Of a DNA stretch of 64,000 nt, positions 25,095-37,002 are shown in pieces. Position numbers and translations under genes: made by a program. The notes beneath the pieces are model-generated. The model was given only the letters and a program-made list of their open reading frames with translations. It had not been told where the DNA came from and did not search any database. Positions within the stretch are counted from its first letter, which is position 1; each line of letters starts with the position of its first letter. Origin of the DNA: Squalus acanthias (Eukaryota); assembly GCA_030390025.1 (NCBI GenBank), contig CM059432.1, positions 102,798,001-102,862,000 on the forward strand, in the 5' to 3' direction.

Positions 25095-25710
25095 TGAGAA
25101 AGGGTAGTGGAAATCCCCAAAAGGCTGTGGATGCTGGATAATTAAAACTTTTAAGACTTGAGTTCGCTAGATTTCCTGTTCAGTAAGGGTAAAGCAAGAC
25201 TTACATTTATATCATGCCTTTCACAACCTCAGGACGTCCCAAAGCGCTTTACAGTCAATTAAGTACTTTTGAAGTGTAGTCACTGTTGTAATGTAGGTAA
25301 TGCAGCAGCTGTTTTTTAGTGATGCTGATTCAGGGATAAATATTGGCCAAGACACTGGGGAGAGCTCCCCTGCTCCTCTTCGAAATAGTGCCATGGGATC
25401 TTTTATGTCCATCTGAGAGGGTAGACAGGGCCTTAGTTTAACATCCTCATCTGAAAGACGGCACCTCCAACAGTGCAGCACTCCCATAGTACTACACTAA
25501 GCGTGTCAGCCTAGATGTTGTGCTCAAGTCTCTGGAATGGGGCTTAGAATCCATGACCTTCTGACTCATAGGGGAGATTGTTACCACTGAGCCACGCCTG
25601 ACACTTCATCAAGGGGCATGGAGCAAAGCAAGTAAATAGAGTTGAGGTACAGATCAGCCATGATCTAACTGAATGGTAAAACAAGCTCAAGGGGCTCCTG
25701 TTTCTATGTG
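25095..25710 (+). mobile_element. old CR1 3' fragment interrupted by a SINE
   Basis: AGGGTAGTGGAA..CCCCAAAAGGCTGTGGATGCT and, after the SINE, ATCAAGGGGCATGGAGCAAAG...CAGATCAGCCATGATCTA...TTTCTATGT. Confidence 0.65.
25192..25604 (-). mobile_element. near-full-length DeuSINE (SacSINE1-like)
   Basis: tRNA-like head (GTGGCTCAGTGGTAAC), Deu domain, and a 3' tail ACTTACATTTATAT..GCCTTT shared with the L2 tail at 9765. Confidence 0.85.
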
Positions 25711-25917
25711 GAAACATAAATTTAAAATTTGTTCAAAGCTGAAATGTCACCGGTAACATCCCTTTAAAATCAGTATTATATGCTTTAACGCTCTTTTGCC
25801 TATCTATCCGTGTTGACATTTTTTTAAGTGGAGATTGCTGACAGTATTGGATGAAATAACTAGAAGTCACTAAGCCTAATTGTACAAAAAAACTGAATTA
25901 ACATGCATAGCGACAAA

Positions 25918-26040
25918 GGGGGTAATTTTGACTTTGGATGATAGTAGAAAACAGATAATATCAATTCAGCTGCCAGTTATTCATCTATGCTGAATCAATG
26001 TTGCCCGTTTTACACTATCATCCAAAGTCAACATAACCCT
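25918..26040. repeat. short hairpin MITE
   Basis: GGGGGTAATTTTGACTTTGGATGATAGT...ACTATCATCCAAAGTCAACATAACCCT inverted arms. Confidence 0.7.
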
Positions 26041-26466
26041 GAAAGGGGGTAATCATCCTTTGAGCAGTTATGGCAGTTTAGATAGTAAATGAGAGCAACA
26101 TATGAGCTATTGCTTTTGAATTTGGTATTTTATTGCTAGTGGTAGGTATAGCCATCTAATGGAAAGTTGAATGTAATTGTGCAAATTTATCCAAATAAAA
26201 GGAAGCTTAACTTTTGGTAATAAGTCAGACTTTACTTCTACTGATGGTCACAGAGAAAAAATTCACGTAAAACACCACTGAGGTGTGAGCAATATGAATG
26301 AAGAATAAGCTGAATGTTTTAGTGAAATGAGTTATAAAATTGAAAGAAGCAATTATGGGATCCAAAAGACAGATGTCTACATAAACTGCACGTCCAGGCA
26401 CCTGGGCAAAAATAGACCAAAAATCAAACAGGAACTCACACATTAGGAGGCATTCTAATAACCCAA

Positions 26467-26723
26467 TTAAACATTGCAGGGTTTTACCAGGCGTAAGAAT
26501 TCTAAGGGTTTTCTGCGGGTGGAGGGTCTCCAGAAAGTGGAACTCTCTCCCCGCAGAGGCCCTTCTCCAGGGCAGGCATCCGATCTGTCAAGAGCATTCT
26601 TGACAGATTGGAAATGCCAGTTTTCAGCACATGCGCTGTGCATGCCTGAAACCGGCATTTCTGATGTCCCTACGGGTGGGTACACAGCGCAGACCCACCC
26701 GTAGGGATCGGAATATCCGGGCC
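26467..26723. mobile_element. right-end fragment of the hairpin-rich MITE family (cf. 57605-58370)
   Basis: Collinear with 58130-58370; ends AATATCCGGGCC. Confidence 0.8.
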
Positions 26724-26729
26724 ATAATA

Positions 26730-27005
26730 AGTAATCAATCTCACTAATAGGCATAGTCTATAGACCACGTAATAGTCGGAGGGAGGTGGAGGAAGAAACA
26801 GGCAAACAAATTAGGGAGATGAGTAAAAAACAGAATAATAATCATGGGGGATTTCAACTACCCCCAAATTAACTTGCCAGAAGAGGTAGGGAAATGGGCT
26901 AAGGGAATGGAGTTCCTACAATATGTACAGGACTCCTTTATAATCCAGTATGTAACAAGCTCTACAAGGGAGGATTCGCTACTGGATCTAGAAATGGGAA
27001 ATGAT
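26730..27005 (+). mobile_element. CR1 endonuclease fragment
   Basis: IVYRP, IIMGDFNYPQI, TREDSLLDL motifs. Confidence 0.8.
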
Positions 27006-27007
27006 CT

Positions 27008-28750
27008 GCCCGCGCCCGTTGAAAGTAGTGCAGGCAGCATTCGTGCTGCCTGCTCATTACCATGATTGCAGCACTGAGCCCAGCACTAAACGCCTAGCTG
27101 GTTCACTCAGTGCTCAACAGGGAGCCCAATATCATGCTCTCTATTTAAAGGTTGCCTGCAGAGTGAAAGCCTATCTGCACTTTTTAAAGGGGAGGTGCTT
27201 TGTTACAGGAGTACCTCATTATGACTGGAGCTGGAGTAATGTCTCAACAGGGGAGAGAAAGGGCACCTTGGTTCTCCGATGCAGCACTGGAGGCCTTGGT
27301 GCAGGGGGTCTACAGGAGGACCTTGTGCAAAGACATACTGTGCAAAGACAGTGGGAGGAGTTCGCAGAAGTCGTCAGTGTCATCATTGTTGCCATCAGGA
27401 CCTGGATCCAGTGCCGGAAGAAGTTCAATGACCTCACACGAGTGGTCAAGGTCAGTGAACGCATCTTCAAGTGCCGTATCGCACCAACTGCACCACTAGC
27501 CTCATACACAGCTCAATGCACCACACCCCCATCACTCACCTACCAACAAACTCCAGCAATCATGACTCATCTTCTTCTTCTTAGGCAGTCCCTTGGAACC
27601 GAGGATGACCTGCTTCCACGTTAAAAATGAGTTTGCAGGTGACTGATGAGTCCAATGCGGGACCTACAGTCTCTGTCACAGGTGGAGCAGACGGTGGTTG
27701 AAGGGGCAGGTGGGTGGGGTGCTTGGGTTGACGACCGCTCCTTGCGCTGCCTGCGCTTGGCTTCCGCTTGCTCCCGGCGAAGAGACTCAAGGTGTTCGGC
27801 GCCTTCCCGAATGCTTCTCCTCCACTTTGTGCGGTCTTGGGCCAGGGATTCCCAGGTGTCGGTGGGGATATTACACTTTTTCAAGGAGGCTTTGAGGGTG
27901 TCCTTGAAGCATTTCCTCTGCCCACCTGGGGCTCTCTTGCCGTGCCGGAGCTCCGAGTAGAGCGCTTGCTTTGGGAGTCTCGTATCGGGCATGCGGACAA
28001 TTTGACCCGTCCATCGGAGCTGATCGAGCGTGGTCAAAGCTTCGATGCTGGGGATGTTGGCCTGAGCAAGAGCACTGACGTTGGTGTGCCTATCCTGCCA
28101 ATGGATTTGCAGGATCTTGCGGAGGCAGCGTTGGTGGTACCTCTCCAGTGCTTTGAGGTGCCTGCTATACATGGTCCATGTCTCTGAGGCATACAGCAGG
28201 GCGGGTATCGCCGTAATTGTGACCATCTTCAAGAAAGGTGACAAGTCCAATTGCGGTAATTACAGAGGAGTTTCCCTGCTGTCTGCCACAGGGAAAGTCA
28301 TCACAAGAATCCTCCTCAATCGCCTTCTCCCAGTGGCCGAAGAGCTCCTCCCAGAGTCGCAATGCATATTCCGCCCACGAAGGGGCACAATGGACATGAT
28401 CTTCACCGCACGTCAATTACAAGAGAAATGCAGGGAACAGCACCAACCGCTGTACATGGCCTTCTTTGATCTCACAAAGGCCTTCGACACTGTAAACCGT
28501 GAGGGATTATGGAGTGTCCTCCGCAAATTCGGCTGCCCTCAAAAGTTTGTCACCATCCTCCACCAGCTTCATGACGACATGCAAGCCGTGATCCTGACCA
28601 ATCATGACTCATACCTCACAATCATCTCACCTCATACACTTACCACTGCTGCAAGCCTCACACCCACATCTCACACCTTGAATACAATACCAGTTATTTA
28701 ACCATGATGGCCACATTACCCAAACAGATTGCATCAAACTCACTGGCACA
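27008..28750 (+). mobile_element. Harbinger H4 fragment (Myb exon 1 and intron 1), interrupted by RTE
   Basis: MSQQGRERAPWFSDAALEALVQGV...QWEEFAEVVS...WIQCRKKFNDLTRVVK|GTCAGT. Confidence 0.85.
27571..28598. mobile_element. RTE LINE with inverted 5' segment
   Basis: Minus-strand 3' part 27571-28209, plus-strand RT part 28210-28598. 14-bp TSD CAATCATGACTCAT (27557-27570 / 28599-28612). Confidence 0.93.
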
Positions 28751-28752
28751 GT

Positions 28753-28895
28753 TACATAAGAACATAATAATTAGGAGCAGGAATAGGCCCTATGGCCCCT
28801 CGAGCCTGATCTGCCATTCAATAAGATCATGGCTGATCTTACACCTCAACTCGACTTTACAGGCCGACTGATCTCCATATCCTTTTATTCCCCTA
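28753..28895 (-). mobile_element. CR1 3' tail fragment
   Basis: ACATAAGAACATAA..TAGGAGCAGGAATAGGCC...GATCATGGCTGATC. Confidence 0.75.
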
Positions 28896-29380
28896 AGGGG
28901 AAAAATTTGGTTGGTTAGTGCCTCCGGGGGGGGCGGGGGGCGGGGGGGGGGGGCGAGGGGGGGAGCTAATGGGGCACTAATGACTTAACGCCCGGGCGCA
29001 GCGATTTTAGCACCGCCCGCAAAATTGACCTGGCGGTTCACGGTGGGGCTAAACACTACTGCCATGATCTCCTGCGCGCATCGCTCCGGTAGCGTCCTGG
29101 GCGGGAAATTGATTCTCGCCCCCAGCCTCAGTGCCTGGCGGTAGGAACGACAGGTAGAGGGAGACGTTTTGCAGTCGGCTGGGAGTTGGGGAAGCGTTAT
29201 TTAAAGGCGTGCACTTCCTGCTTTTTCCTGTCGACAAAAGATTCTGCATACGCAGGTTGAGAGAGGGAGAGAGACATCTGGAGACATTTAATACTGTTCT
29301 ACAAGGAGTTTTGTTCCTCAGCAAGACTTTTCAGGTTCCCATTTCTGTCAGCTTTATTACTACCACATTTAGAAGATTAA

Positions 29381-30526
29381 ATGGGGGCTGTATTAGCTCG
29401 GGGCCTCGTCCTCCAGCTTCACCGTCGGAGGCGGCGGAGAGAGAGATTGGAAAACATGGCCAGAGGGAGGAGGGCCAACAGGGCTCTGCACAGGAGACCT
29501 TACCCTCCCAGAGTATTCCGGGAGCAATTCTCATATATCCATCTGTCCGAGGAGCAGCGTTTTAGAAGGCTGCGTTTCAGCATGGAGGTGGTCACAGAGC
29601 TCTGCCACCTCCTACAGCCAGAGCTCGAGCCTCAGCTCAGGATCAGGACGTCTCTGTTGGTGGCAGTGAAGGTGACGATGGCTCTTAATTTCTACGCCAG
29701 CGGCTACTTCCAGGCTTCAACTGGGAATATTGCGAATATCTCCCAGTTTGCCGTCCATTGTTGCATCCGGGAGGTCACAAATGCTCTAAACAAAAGGAGA
29801 AGGGACTATATCTCATTCCCCATGATCCGAGACAAACAGCGTGAACGTGCATGTGGCTTCGCTAGGATAGCGGGCCTCCCCATGGTTCAGGGCGCCATTG
29901 ACATGTGGCATTGCGGGCACCTCATGAAAATGCAGAGGTTTTCCGCAACCGCAAAGGCTTCCACTCTCTCAAAGTCCAGTTGGTGTGCAACCACAGACAG
30001 CGCATCCTCACTGTCAATTCCCGCTATCCTGGCAGCAGCCATGATGCATTCACTGTGCACCAGACTGGTGTCCCAGACCTGTTCCAATCACCGTATCAAC
30101 CTCGTGGCAGGCTCCTCGGGGACAAGGGTTATCCACTCTGCACCTAGCTGATGACACCACTTCATAACCCCAACACTCCTGTTGAGTTTGCATACAATGA
30201 GAGCCATAGCGCCACTAGGAAACTCATTGAACAGACGATCGGCGTCTTGAAAACAACGGTTCCAGTGTCTTGACCACTCTGAAGGAGCCCTGCAGTACTC
30301 TCCCGAGCGAGTATCGCTTTCCATTGTTGTGTGCTGCATGCTTCACAACCTCGCAATTCTGAGGACACAGCCATTGCCACCAGGGATTGGTGCACCACCT
30401 CAGGAGCAGGAGGAGGCAGAGGAGGAGGTTGAAGAGGAGGATGAGCAGCAGCAACATGGGAGGGAGGCGCTCAATGTTGCTTCTGCAATTGCCGTTCATG
30501 AACGCCTGATAAGACACCGCTTCTGA
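29381..30526 (+). pseudogene. Harbinger DDE transposase, frameshifted
   Basis: MGAVLARG..., RFRRLRFS, ALNFYASGYFQ, VQGAID, NRKGFHSLKVQLVC, YPGSSHDAF, LGDKGYPL, CCMLHNLA, acidic tail. Confidence 0.93.
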
Positions 30527-30859
30527 TGAATGACAGTGAAGATGGCTTTTGGGACCAACAAGCACATCATTACAGCCATCCCGTAGCCCCTATTACCGGG
30601 CAAAGCTTCAATGAGTAACATGAGCAAATTTGTAACGTTTCAATAAAAAAATTTATTTTTCTGACCAACTGTGTCTTATTAAGCACAACCAATAGCAATC
30701 AAAAACAACAATTCATTAACAAACAAAACTGGTTCTTACCCTATCGAGATAAGCGTTAACAGAGTGAACAAGATATTAACATAAACATCCAACTTTGGGA
30801 CAAACATTCCCCCCGTTTGTTTGAGAATTTTTCGTTATTCGCCCTTCGAGAATGATCTC

Positions 30860-32680
30860 CCTCCCCTTCGCACTTCCCCCTTCCCACCCTACTGCTCTTC
30901 CGTAATGTGGCTGCAGCAAGGCTGGTGGAAAGCTGCTGAATGCTGGATCCAGAGACTGCAGATGGCCTTGAAGGATGCCCTCGACCAGCTCTGGGCCTGG
31001 AGGGCCCCGGCTGCAGACTGCACCAACTCTGCATGGGCGGCAGCAGTCTGGGCTGGCTGTGTTGCAGGCTGAGGCAAGTGCAATGGCGGAGTGGCAGTGG
31101 TGGCAGCAGGAATGCTGTCATCCTGAGAGAGGACAGCACCTTCCTGCTCGCCCGACGCACTGCCACTCCCCTGGGGCAGAACCTCAGCATCCGGAGCAAT
31201 CTGCTCGAGCACAGATTGCTGGCCTGCTGCGGTACCGTGAGATCCCCGGTGGACTGTGGGCGACCCAGCGATGGTGGCAGCGGTCAGTGCTTGTGTGCCA
31301 TCAATCTGAGACTGCATGAGAGCAGTCTGAGACTGGATGGCACCAACCAATGACTAAATTCCAGCACTAAGCCGTTGCGTTGCCTCGGCCTGTGCTGCAA
31401 TAGATGCTGCCACCTCACCCATTACACGTGGCATGGGGTCTGGGTGTCCACGGTCTCTTTGCAACTCAACCATCCTCTGCAACGAGGCAAAGATGGGTTC
31501 AAGAGTTTGCACACAGATGACAGCTGTGCTGGCGGCGGACTCCTCCATGCTCCTAGCCAGTGCATCCATGCTCTCGGGCACCCTTGCCATTGCACCCATG
31601 AGCTCAGTGTGCATGCTCATCGCCTTAGTATTCATCGCCGCAATATCGAGGTCCTCATCCGTGTCCTGTGCAGCAGATTCGTGCGCGCACTCACCCTCCG
31701 GAGAGATGACCCCCAAGCTTCCCTTTTCCCATGGCATTGCTGCAGCCCGCTGGGTCCCGAAGCTTCACCCACATCAGATCCAAATCCCCTGCAACCCTTC
31801 AGTGACCGTGTGGCCCCAGTATTGGATGTCTCGCCCTCGGGAGATGCAGGCGGTGAGGCGCCAGCTTCGTGTTCCTCCTCCTCTCCCGTGTCGCTGCCAC
31901 TGGGAGGCTGAGGGACAGGCTGGTCAGCTGGTGGTTCACTATCTGAAAGCAGGAAGGTACAAGAGTAGCTTTAACGTAAGGGCAGGGGGGCAGGAAGGGA
32001 GCAAGGAATGGAGGCAGTATAGTTAGATGGAAAGTGGGAAAGGCTGGTGTTGTGAGGGGGAAGTGATATGAGAGGGGTGAGAGAGATGATGAACATACCG
32101 TTGCTGTCCCCAAGGAGGTCGACCTCTCCAACTACCACAGCGCCCACGACATGACTGGCGATGAGTCTGTGAACTCGCTCCTCCAGCTGTGTGGGGGGGT
32201 GCAGCTCCACCTGACCTCCTCCCATGCTCTGTTGCTCCCTCCGGTTATGTGAAAGCTTGGCCTGCAAGAAAAAGGGCAGCGTGTGAGTGAGTGTGTAGCC
32301 ATTTGTTTGGCAGATGTGCCTACCGTAGTTGAATAGTCAGTAATGTCTGCAAGGTGTGGGATGTGGATGTGATTTTTAGTATATGGGCATAGTTGTTGGG
32401 TGAGTGTTGGGGATTTGGGAATTTACACTGTCTGCACAGAGTGAGGTTGAGGTGGTGGGATGTAAAGGTATTTCATGCATCTACTCACCCTGACCACCCG
32501 AGTGAGGTCGTTGAACTTCTTGCGGCACTGCGTGTGAGTCCTTTGGACCAGGCTCCTGGATGAAACGTACTGGGCCACCTCCCTCCACACCCTTGTAAAC
32601 TCCCGGGACAACGGCCTCCTGCCAGTCTCTGGAAACAGCACTGCTTCGTCGGCGTTCCATAGCGCCAACCAGAGCCACCA
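30860..32680 (-). pseudogene. Harbinger Myb/SANT gene (3 exons, decayed)
   Basis: Exon 1 ends 32489 (WREVAQYVSS..QCRKKFNDLTRVVR|GTGAGT); exon 2 32261-32099 (AKLSHNRREQQSMGGG); exon 3 from 31942. Confidence 0.85.
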
Positions 32681-34255
32681 ATGGGTCTTGGCTATGCCTG
32701 CCTTTTCATGGGATATGTGGAACATTCTTTGTTCCAGTCCTACTCAGGTCCCCTCCCTCACCTCTTTTTCCGGTACATTGATGACTGTATCGGTGCCGTT
32801 TCCTGCTCTCGCCCTGAACTAGAAAATTTCATTCACTTCGCTTCCAATTTCCACCCTTCCCTCACCTTCACATGGTCCATCTCCGACTCTTTCCTTCCTT
32901 TCCTTGACTTCTCTGTCTCCATTTCTGGGGATAGGCTATTGACAAACATTCGTTATAAGCCCACTGACTCCCACAGCTACCTGGACTACACTTCCTCCCA
33001 CCCTGCTTCCTGTAAGGACTCTATTCCATTCTCCCAGTTTCTCCATCTCCGCCGCATTTGTTCTGATGATGCCACCTTCTATACTAATGCTTCCGATATA
33101 TCTTCCTTTTTCCTCAACTGAGGATTCCCCTCTACCGTGGTTATCACAGCCCTTGACCGTGTCCGTTCTATTTCCCGCACTTCTGCTCTCACCCCTTCCC
33201 CTCCATCCCAGAACCACGATAGGGCTCCCTTTGTCCTCACCTTTCACCCCACCAGTCTCCACATTCAATGGATCATCCTCCGTCATTTCCGCCACCTCCA
33301 GCGTGATCCCACCACCAAACACATCTTCCCCTCCCCTCCCCTTTCAGCATTCCGAAGGGACCGCTCCCTCCGCGACACCCTGGTCCACTCCTCTATCACC
33401 CCAACACTCCTTCCCCGTCCCACGGCACCTTCCCATGCAAGCGCAGGAGATGCAACACCTGCCGATTTACCTCCTCCCTTCCCACTGTCCAGGGCCCCAA
33501 ACACCCCTTCCAGGTGAAACAGCGATTTATTTTACTTCTTGCAATTTAGTATACTGTATTCACTGCTCACGATGCGGTCTCCTCTACACTGGGGAGACCA
33601 AATGCAGATTGGGTGACCGCTTTGCGGAACACCTCCATTGAGTCCGTAAGCATAACCCCGAGCTTCCGGTCGCCTGTCACTTTAATTCTCTGCTTCACTC
33701 CCAATCTGATCTCTCCGTCCTCGGCCTCTGACACTGTTCCAATGAAGCTCAGCGTAAGCTCGAGGAACAGCATCTCATCTTTCGATTAGGCACTTTACAG
33801 CCTTCTGGACTCAACAAAGAGTTCAACAATTTCAGATCTTAACCTCTGCCCCCATTTAAAAAAATGTTTTTCTTTTCTCTCTCACATGGCAGCTGCCGAT
33901 CATTCTGTCATTGCCAATTACACCTCATCTAGAGTCATCTTTCGTTTCTTAACTTGTCCCATTACCATCTCCTTCTGCTGGCACCATCATCCCTTTTGTT
34001 TCTTAATCTCTCCTGCCTTCCATCCTATCACAGACCTTCCCTTTTATTCTTTCCTCCCCTCCCCCCTTTCTCTGCCCCTACACTTGCTTAAAAACCTGTT
34101 CCATCTCTAACTTTTTCCAGTTCTGACGAAGGGTCATCGACCTGAAATGTTAACTCTGTTTTTCTCTCTCCATGGATGCTGCCTGACCTGCTGAGTGTTT
34201 CCAGCAATTTCTGTTGGTATTTTAGATTTCCAGCATCCGCAGTATTTTGCTCTTT
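32681..34255 (+). mobile_element. Penelope-like element (RT C-terminal half, GIY-YIG endonuclease, 3' terminal repeat)
   Basis: YACLFMGYVE, FFRYIDDCIG, YKPTDSHSYLDYTSSHP, NLVYCIHCSRCGLLYTGETKCRLGDRFAEH. Confidence 0.95.
34117..34157 (+). ncRNA. minimal type I hammerhead ribozyme motif in the Penelope terminus
   Basis: AGTT-CTGACGA-AGG(GTCATCGA)CCT-GAAA-TGTT-AACT. Core boxes intact; the stem III palindrome, presumably AACGTT, is decayed to AATGTT. Confidence 0.7.
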
Positions 34256-34424
34256 CATTCTGTTGTCTTTAAAAACTTGCTTAGATCATAACTTATTCAA
34301 ACATATAATTCATCTATTTTAGAAGCCACCTCTGATATCTCCCACCAATATTGCGTATAAGTGACATGACGCAGAGAAAGAAGAGAAAGGTGAACTGGCC
34401 TGACACAGGGGAATGGCATCCACT

Positions 34425-34816
34425 ATCTGTAGCATCTTTCATGTCTTCAGGATGTCTCAAAGTGCTTCACAGTAAATTAATTACTTTCAAAGTGTAGTGA
34501 CTGTTGCTATGTAGGCAAATATGGTAGCCAATTTGTGCAAAGCAAGTTCCCATAAACAGGAAATAAATGAATGACCACATAACTCTGATGATGTTGTTTG
34601 AGGGAATATGCAATGTATCTCTTCATGGAATAGTGCGATGTGCCATAGGATCAACATTCAATTGAGTTGTCAGAGAGGGTCCCAGTTTAACATCTCATCC
34701 AAGAGCAATGCTTCCTGAAGCATCAGCCAAGATGATGTGTTCAACTCCATAGGGGGGCTTGAAACCACAACCTTCTGATTCAGAGACAAGATTGCTTCCC
34801 TGACTAAGCTGACACA
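34425..34816 (-). mobile_element. diverged DeuSINE
   Basis: Collinear with 25192-25604 (AAGTGTAGTGACTGTTG.TATGTAGG; GTTTAACATCTCATCC; ACAACCTTCTGATTCAGAG). Confidence 0.7.
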
Positions 34817-35349
34817 CAAAGCCAGCAAAACTAAAAAAGGATATCATCTCAGTTATAGAATTCTCCACAAGGATACCTTGTAATAGAAAGAGATAATTAG
34901 TGATACCACCGATGGCAAGTGAAACACATTGCTACAAAGCCAGATAAGTCTTCCAAGATAATTACCCCAAAATGTCATCATGTTAAATAATCACTAGGGG
35001 GAAAAATATCAACAGAGACAGGAAATTAGCAAAGTAGACCGAGAGGAGCGCACCTGGAGAGAGCACAGCGAGAGCGGAGCAGTTAAAAAGAGCGGCAGCA
35101 ACTCAACCGAGGCAGTTTTTGAAAAAGTGATGTCAGAGTAAAAAAAGTGAAATTGGCACAAGGGAAGGAGCTGATTGGTGAGTAGCCGGTGAGTGTATTT
35201 TTTTAAGTTTATAAGTTTATTTCTGCTAAGTTAGTTAATAGCCTATTAAAGAGAGGGAAAGAGCTGATTGGTGAGTAGCTGGGGAGTATTTTTTGTTAAG
35301 TTTTAAGTTTATTTCTGCTGGGTTAGTTCTTAGTCTATTAAATAGAGGC

Positions 35350-36273
35350 ATGGCAGGGCAGCTCAGTCCCGTGGAATGCACATCCTGTGTCTTATAGGAA
35401 GTCCTGGATGCTTTGCGTAGCCTGGATGACGACATGTGCGGGAAGTGTCGCCAGCTACAGCAACTTGAGCTCTGGGTTTCAGAGCTTGAGCGGCGGCTGG
35501 AGTCACTGTGGTACATCCACGAGGCTGAGAGTTACGTGGATAGCACGTTTCTAGAGGTGGTCACCCTGCAGCTTAAGAGTATGCAGGGAATGGGTGACCA
35601 CCAGACAGGCAGTGCAGGAGTCCCCGGAGTGCATTGTGCTCTCTAACCAGTATTCTGTTCTGAGTACTGGTGACGGCGATGGTTCCTCTGGGGAGTGCAG
35701 CCAGAGTCAAGTCCATGGCACCATGGTGGCTCAGCTGCACAGGGGGGCAGGAAAAAGAGTGGAAGAGCAATAGTGATAGGGGATTCGAAAGTTAGGGGAG
35801 CAGACAGGCGTTTCTGCGGCCATAGACGTGACTCCAGGATGGTATGTTGCCTCCCTGGTGCCAGGGTCAAGGATGTCACTGAGCGGCTGAAGGACACTCT
35901 GAGGGGGGAGGGTGAATAGCCAGAGGTCGTTGTCCATATCGGTACCGACAACATAGGCAGAAAGAGGGATGAGGTCCTGCAGGCAGAGTTTAGGGAGCTA
36001 GGAGAGAGATTAAAAAGCAGGACCTCAAAGGTAGTAATCTCTGGATTACTCCCGGTGCTACGTGCTAGTGAGTACAGGAATAGCAGGATAGAGCAGATGA
36101 ATGCGTGGCTGGAGAGATGGTGCAGGAAGGAGGGCTTTAGATTCCTGAGACATTGGGACCGTTTCTGGGGAAGGTGGGACCTGCACAAGCCGGACAGGTT
36201 ACACCTCAACAGAGCCGGGACCAATATTCTCGTGGGGAGGTTTGTTAGTGCTGTTGGGGAGGGTTTAAACTAA
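35350..36273 (+). pseudogene. CR1 ORF1 (zinc finger, coiled coil, SGNH esterase), decayed
   Basis: CTSC..CGKC, LELWVSELERRLESL, AIVIGDSKVR, CLPGARVKDV, HIGTDN, PDRLHLNRAG. Confidence 0.9.
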
Positions 36274-36657
36274 CTTGGCAGGGGGATGGGCACCAGCATA
36301 TAGGAGTAGAAAAGAGGAATAAGGTGCATAAAAGAGTGAGTGTGTTGGATAGTACTAGAGAAGATAGTACTAGAAGCAGTAGTAGTACCATATTAGATAG
36401 GAGCAGACTAAGAAAGACTACGAAAAATTCAAAAATGGGTTTTGAATGCATGTACGTAAACGCACAAAGTGTGGTGAATAAGGTTTGGTGAGCTACAAGC
36501 ACAATTAGCTGTGTGGCAATATGATGTGGCAATTACGGAAACGTGGCTTAAAAATGGTGAGGACTGGGCACTTAATATTCAAGGGTGCAAGGTGTTCAGA
36601 AAAGATAGGGAAGGTAAAAAGGGAGGTGGGGTGGCAGTGCTGATTAAGGAAGACATT

Positions 36658-36969
36658 GGCCCAGAAATTAAACACTGAGGGCTGGATTTTGTCTTGGGGT
36701 CGGTTTGGGGTCGTGTAATCCGCATTTCGTGTTTCCCCCCCGACTCCAGATTAATGTGGGTGCCTGATGCAATTTTCACTTAATTGGGCAATTGAGTTGG
36801 AGCATGTGGGAACCCATGAACTAATTAGTGTTTTCAGTCTGAAAGTCGCTTCTGATGATGTCATCATGACTGACTGCCTAGTCTCAGAGACTGTTGGTGA
36901 GAAAGGACTTGCCTGGCTTTTGATGTGAGTGGACCTGGATTGGGGGCGGGGAGAAGGAGAGAGAGAGAC

Positions 36970-37002
<33 letters not shown>

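Larger units (their letters stand above)
28897..32680. mobile_element. Harbinger H5, right end replaced by Penelope
   Basis: Left TIR GGGGAAAAATT preceded by TAA; convergent transposase and Myb genes; Myb exon 1 cut at 32680. Confidence 0.88.

Noticed and set aside
25540..25604. tRNA gene
   Set aside because: Degenerate tRNA-like SINE head continuous with the Deu domain; no complete cloverleaf.
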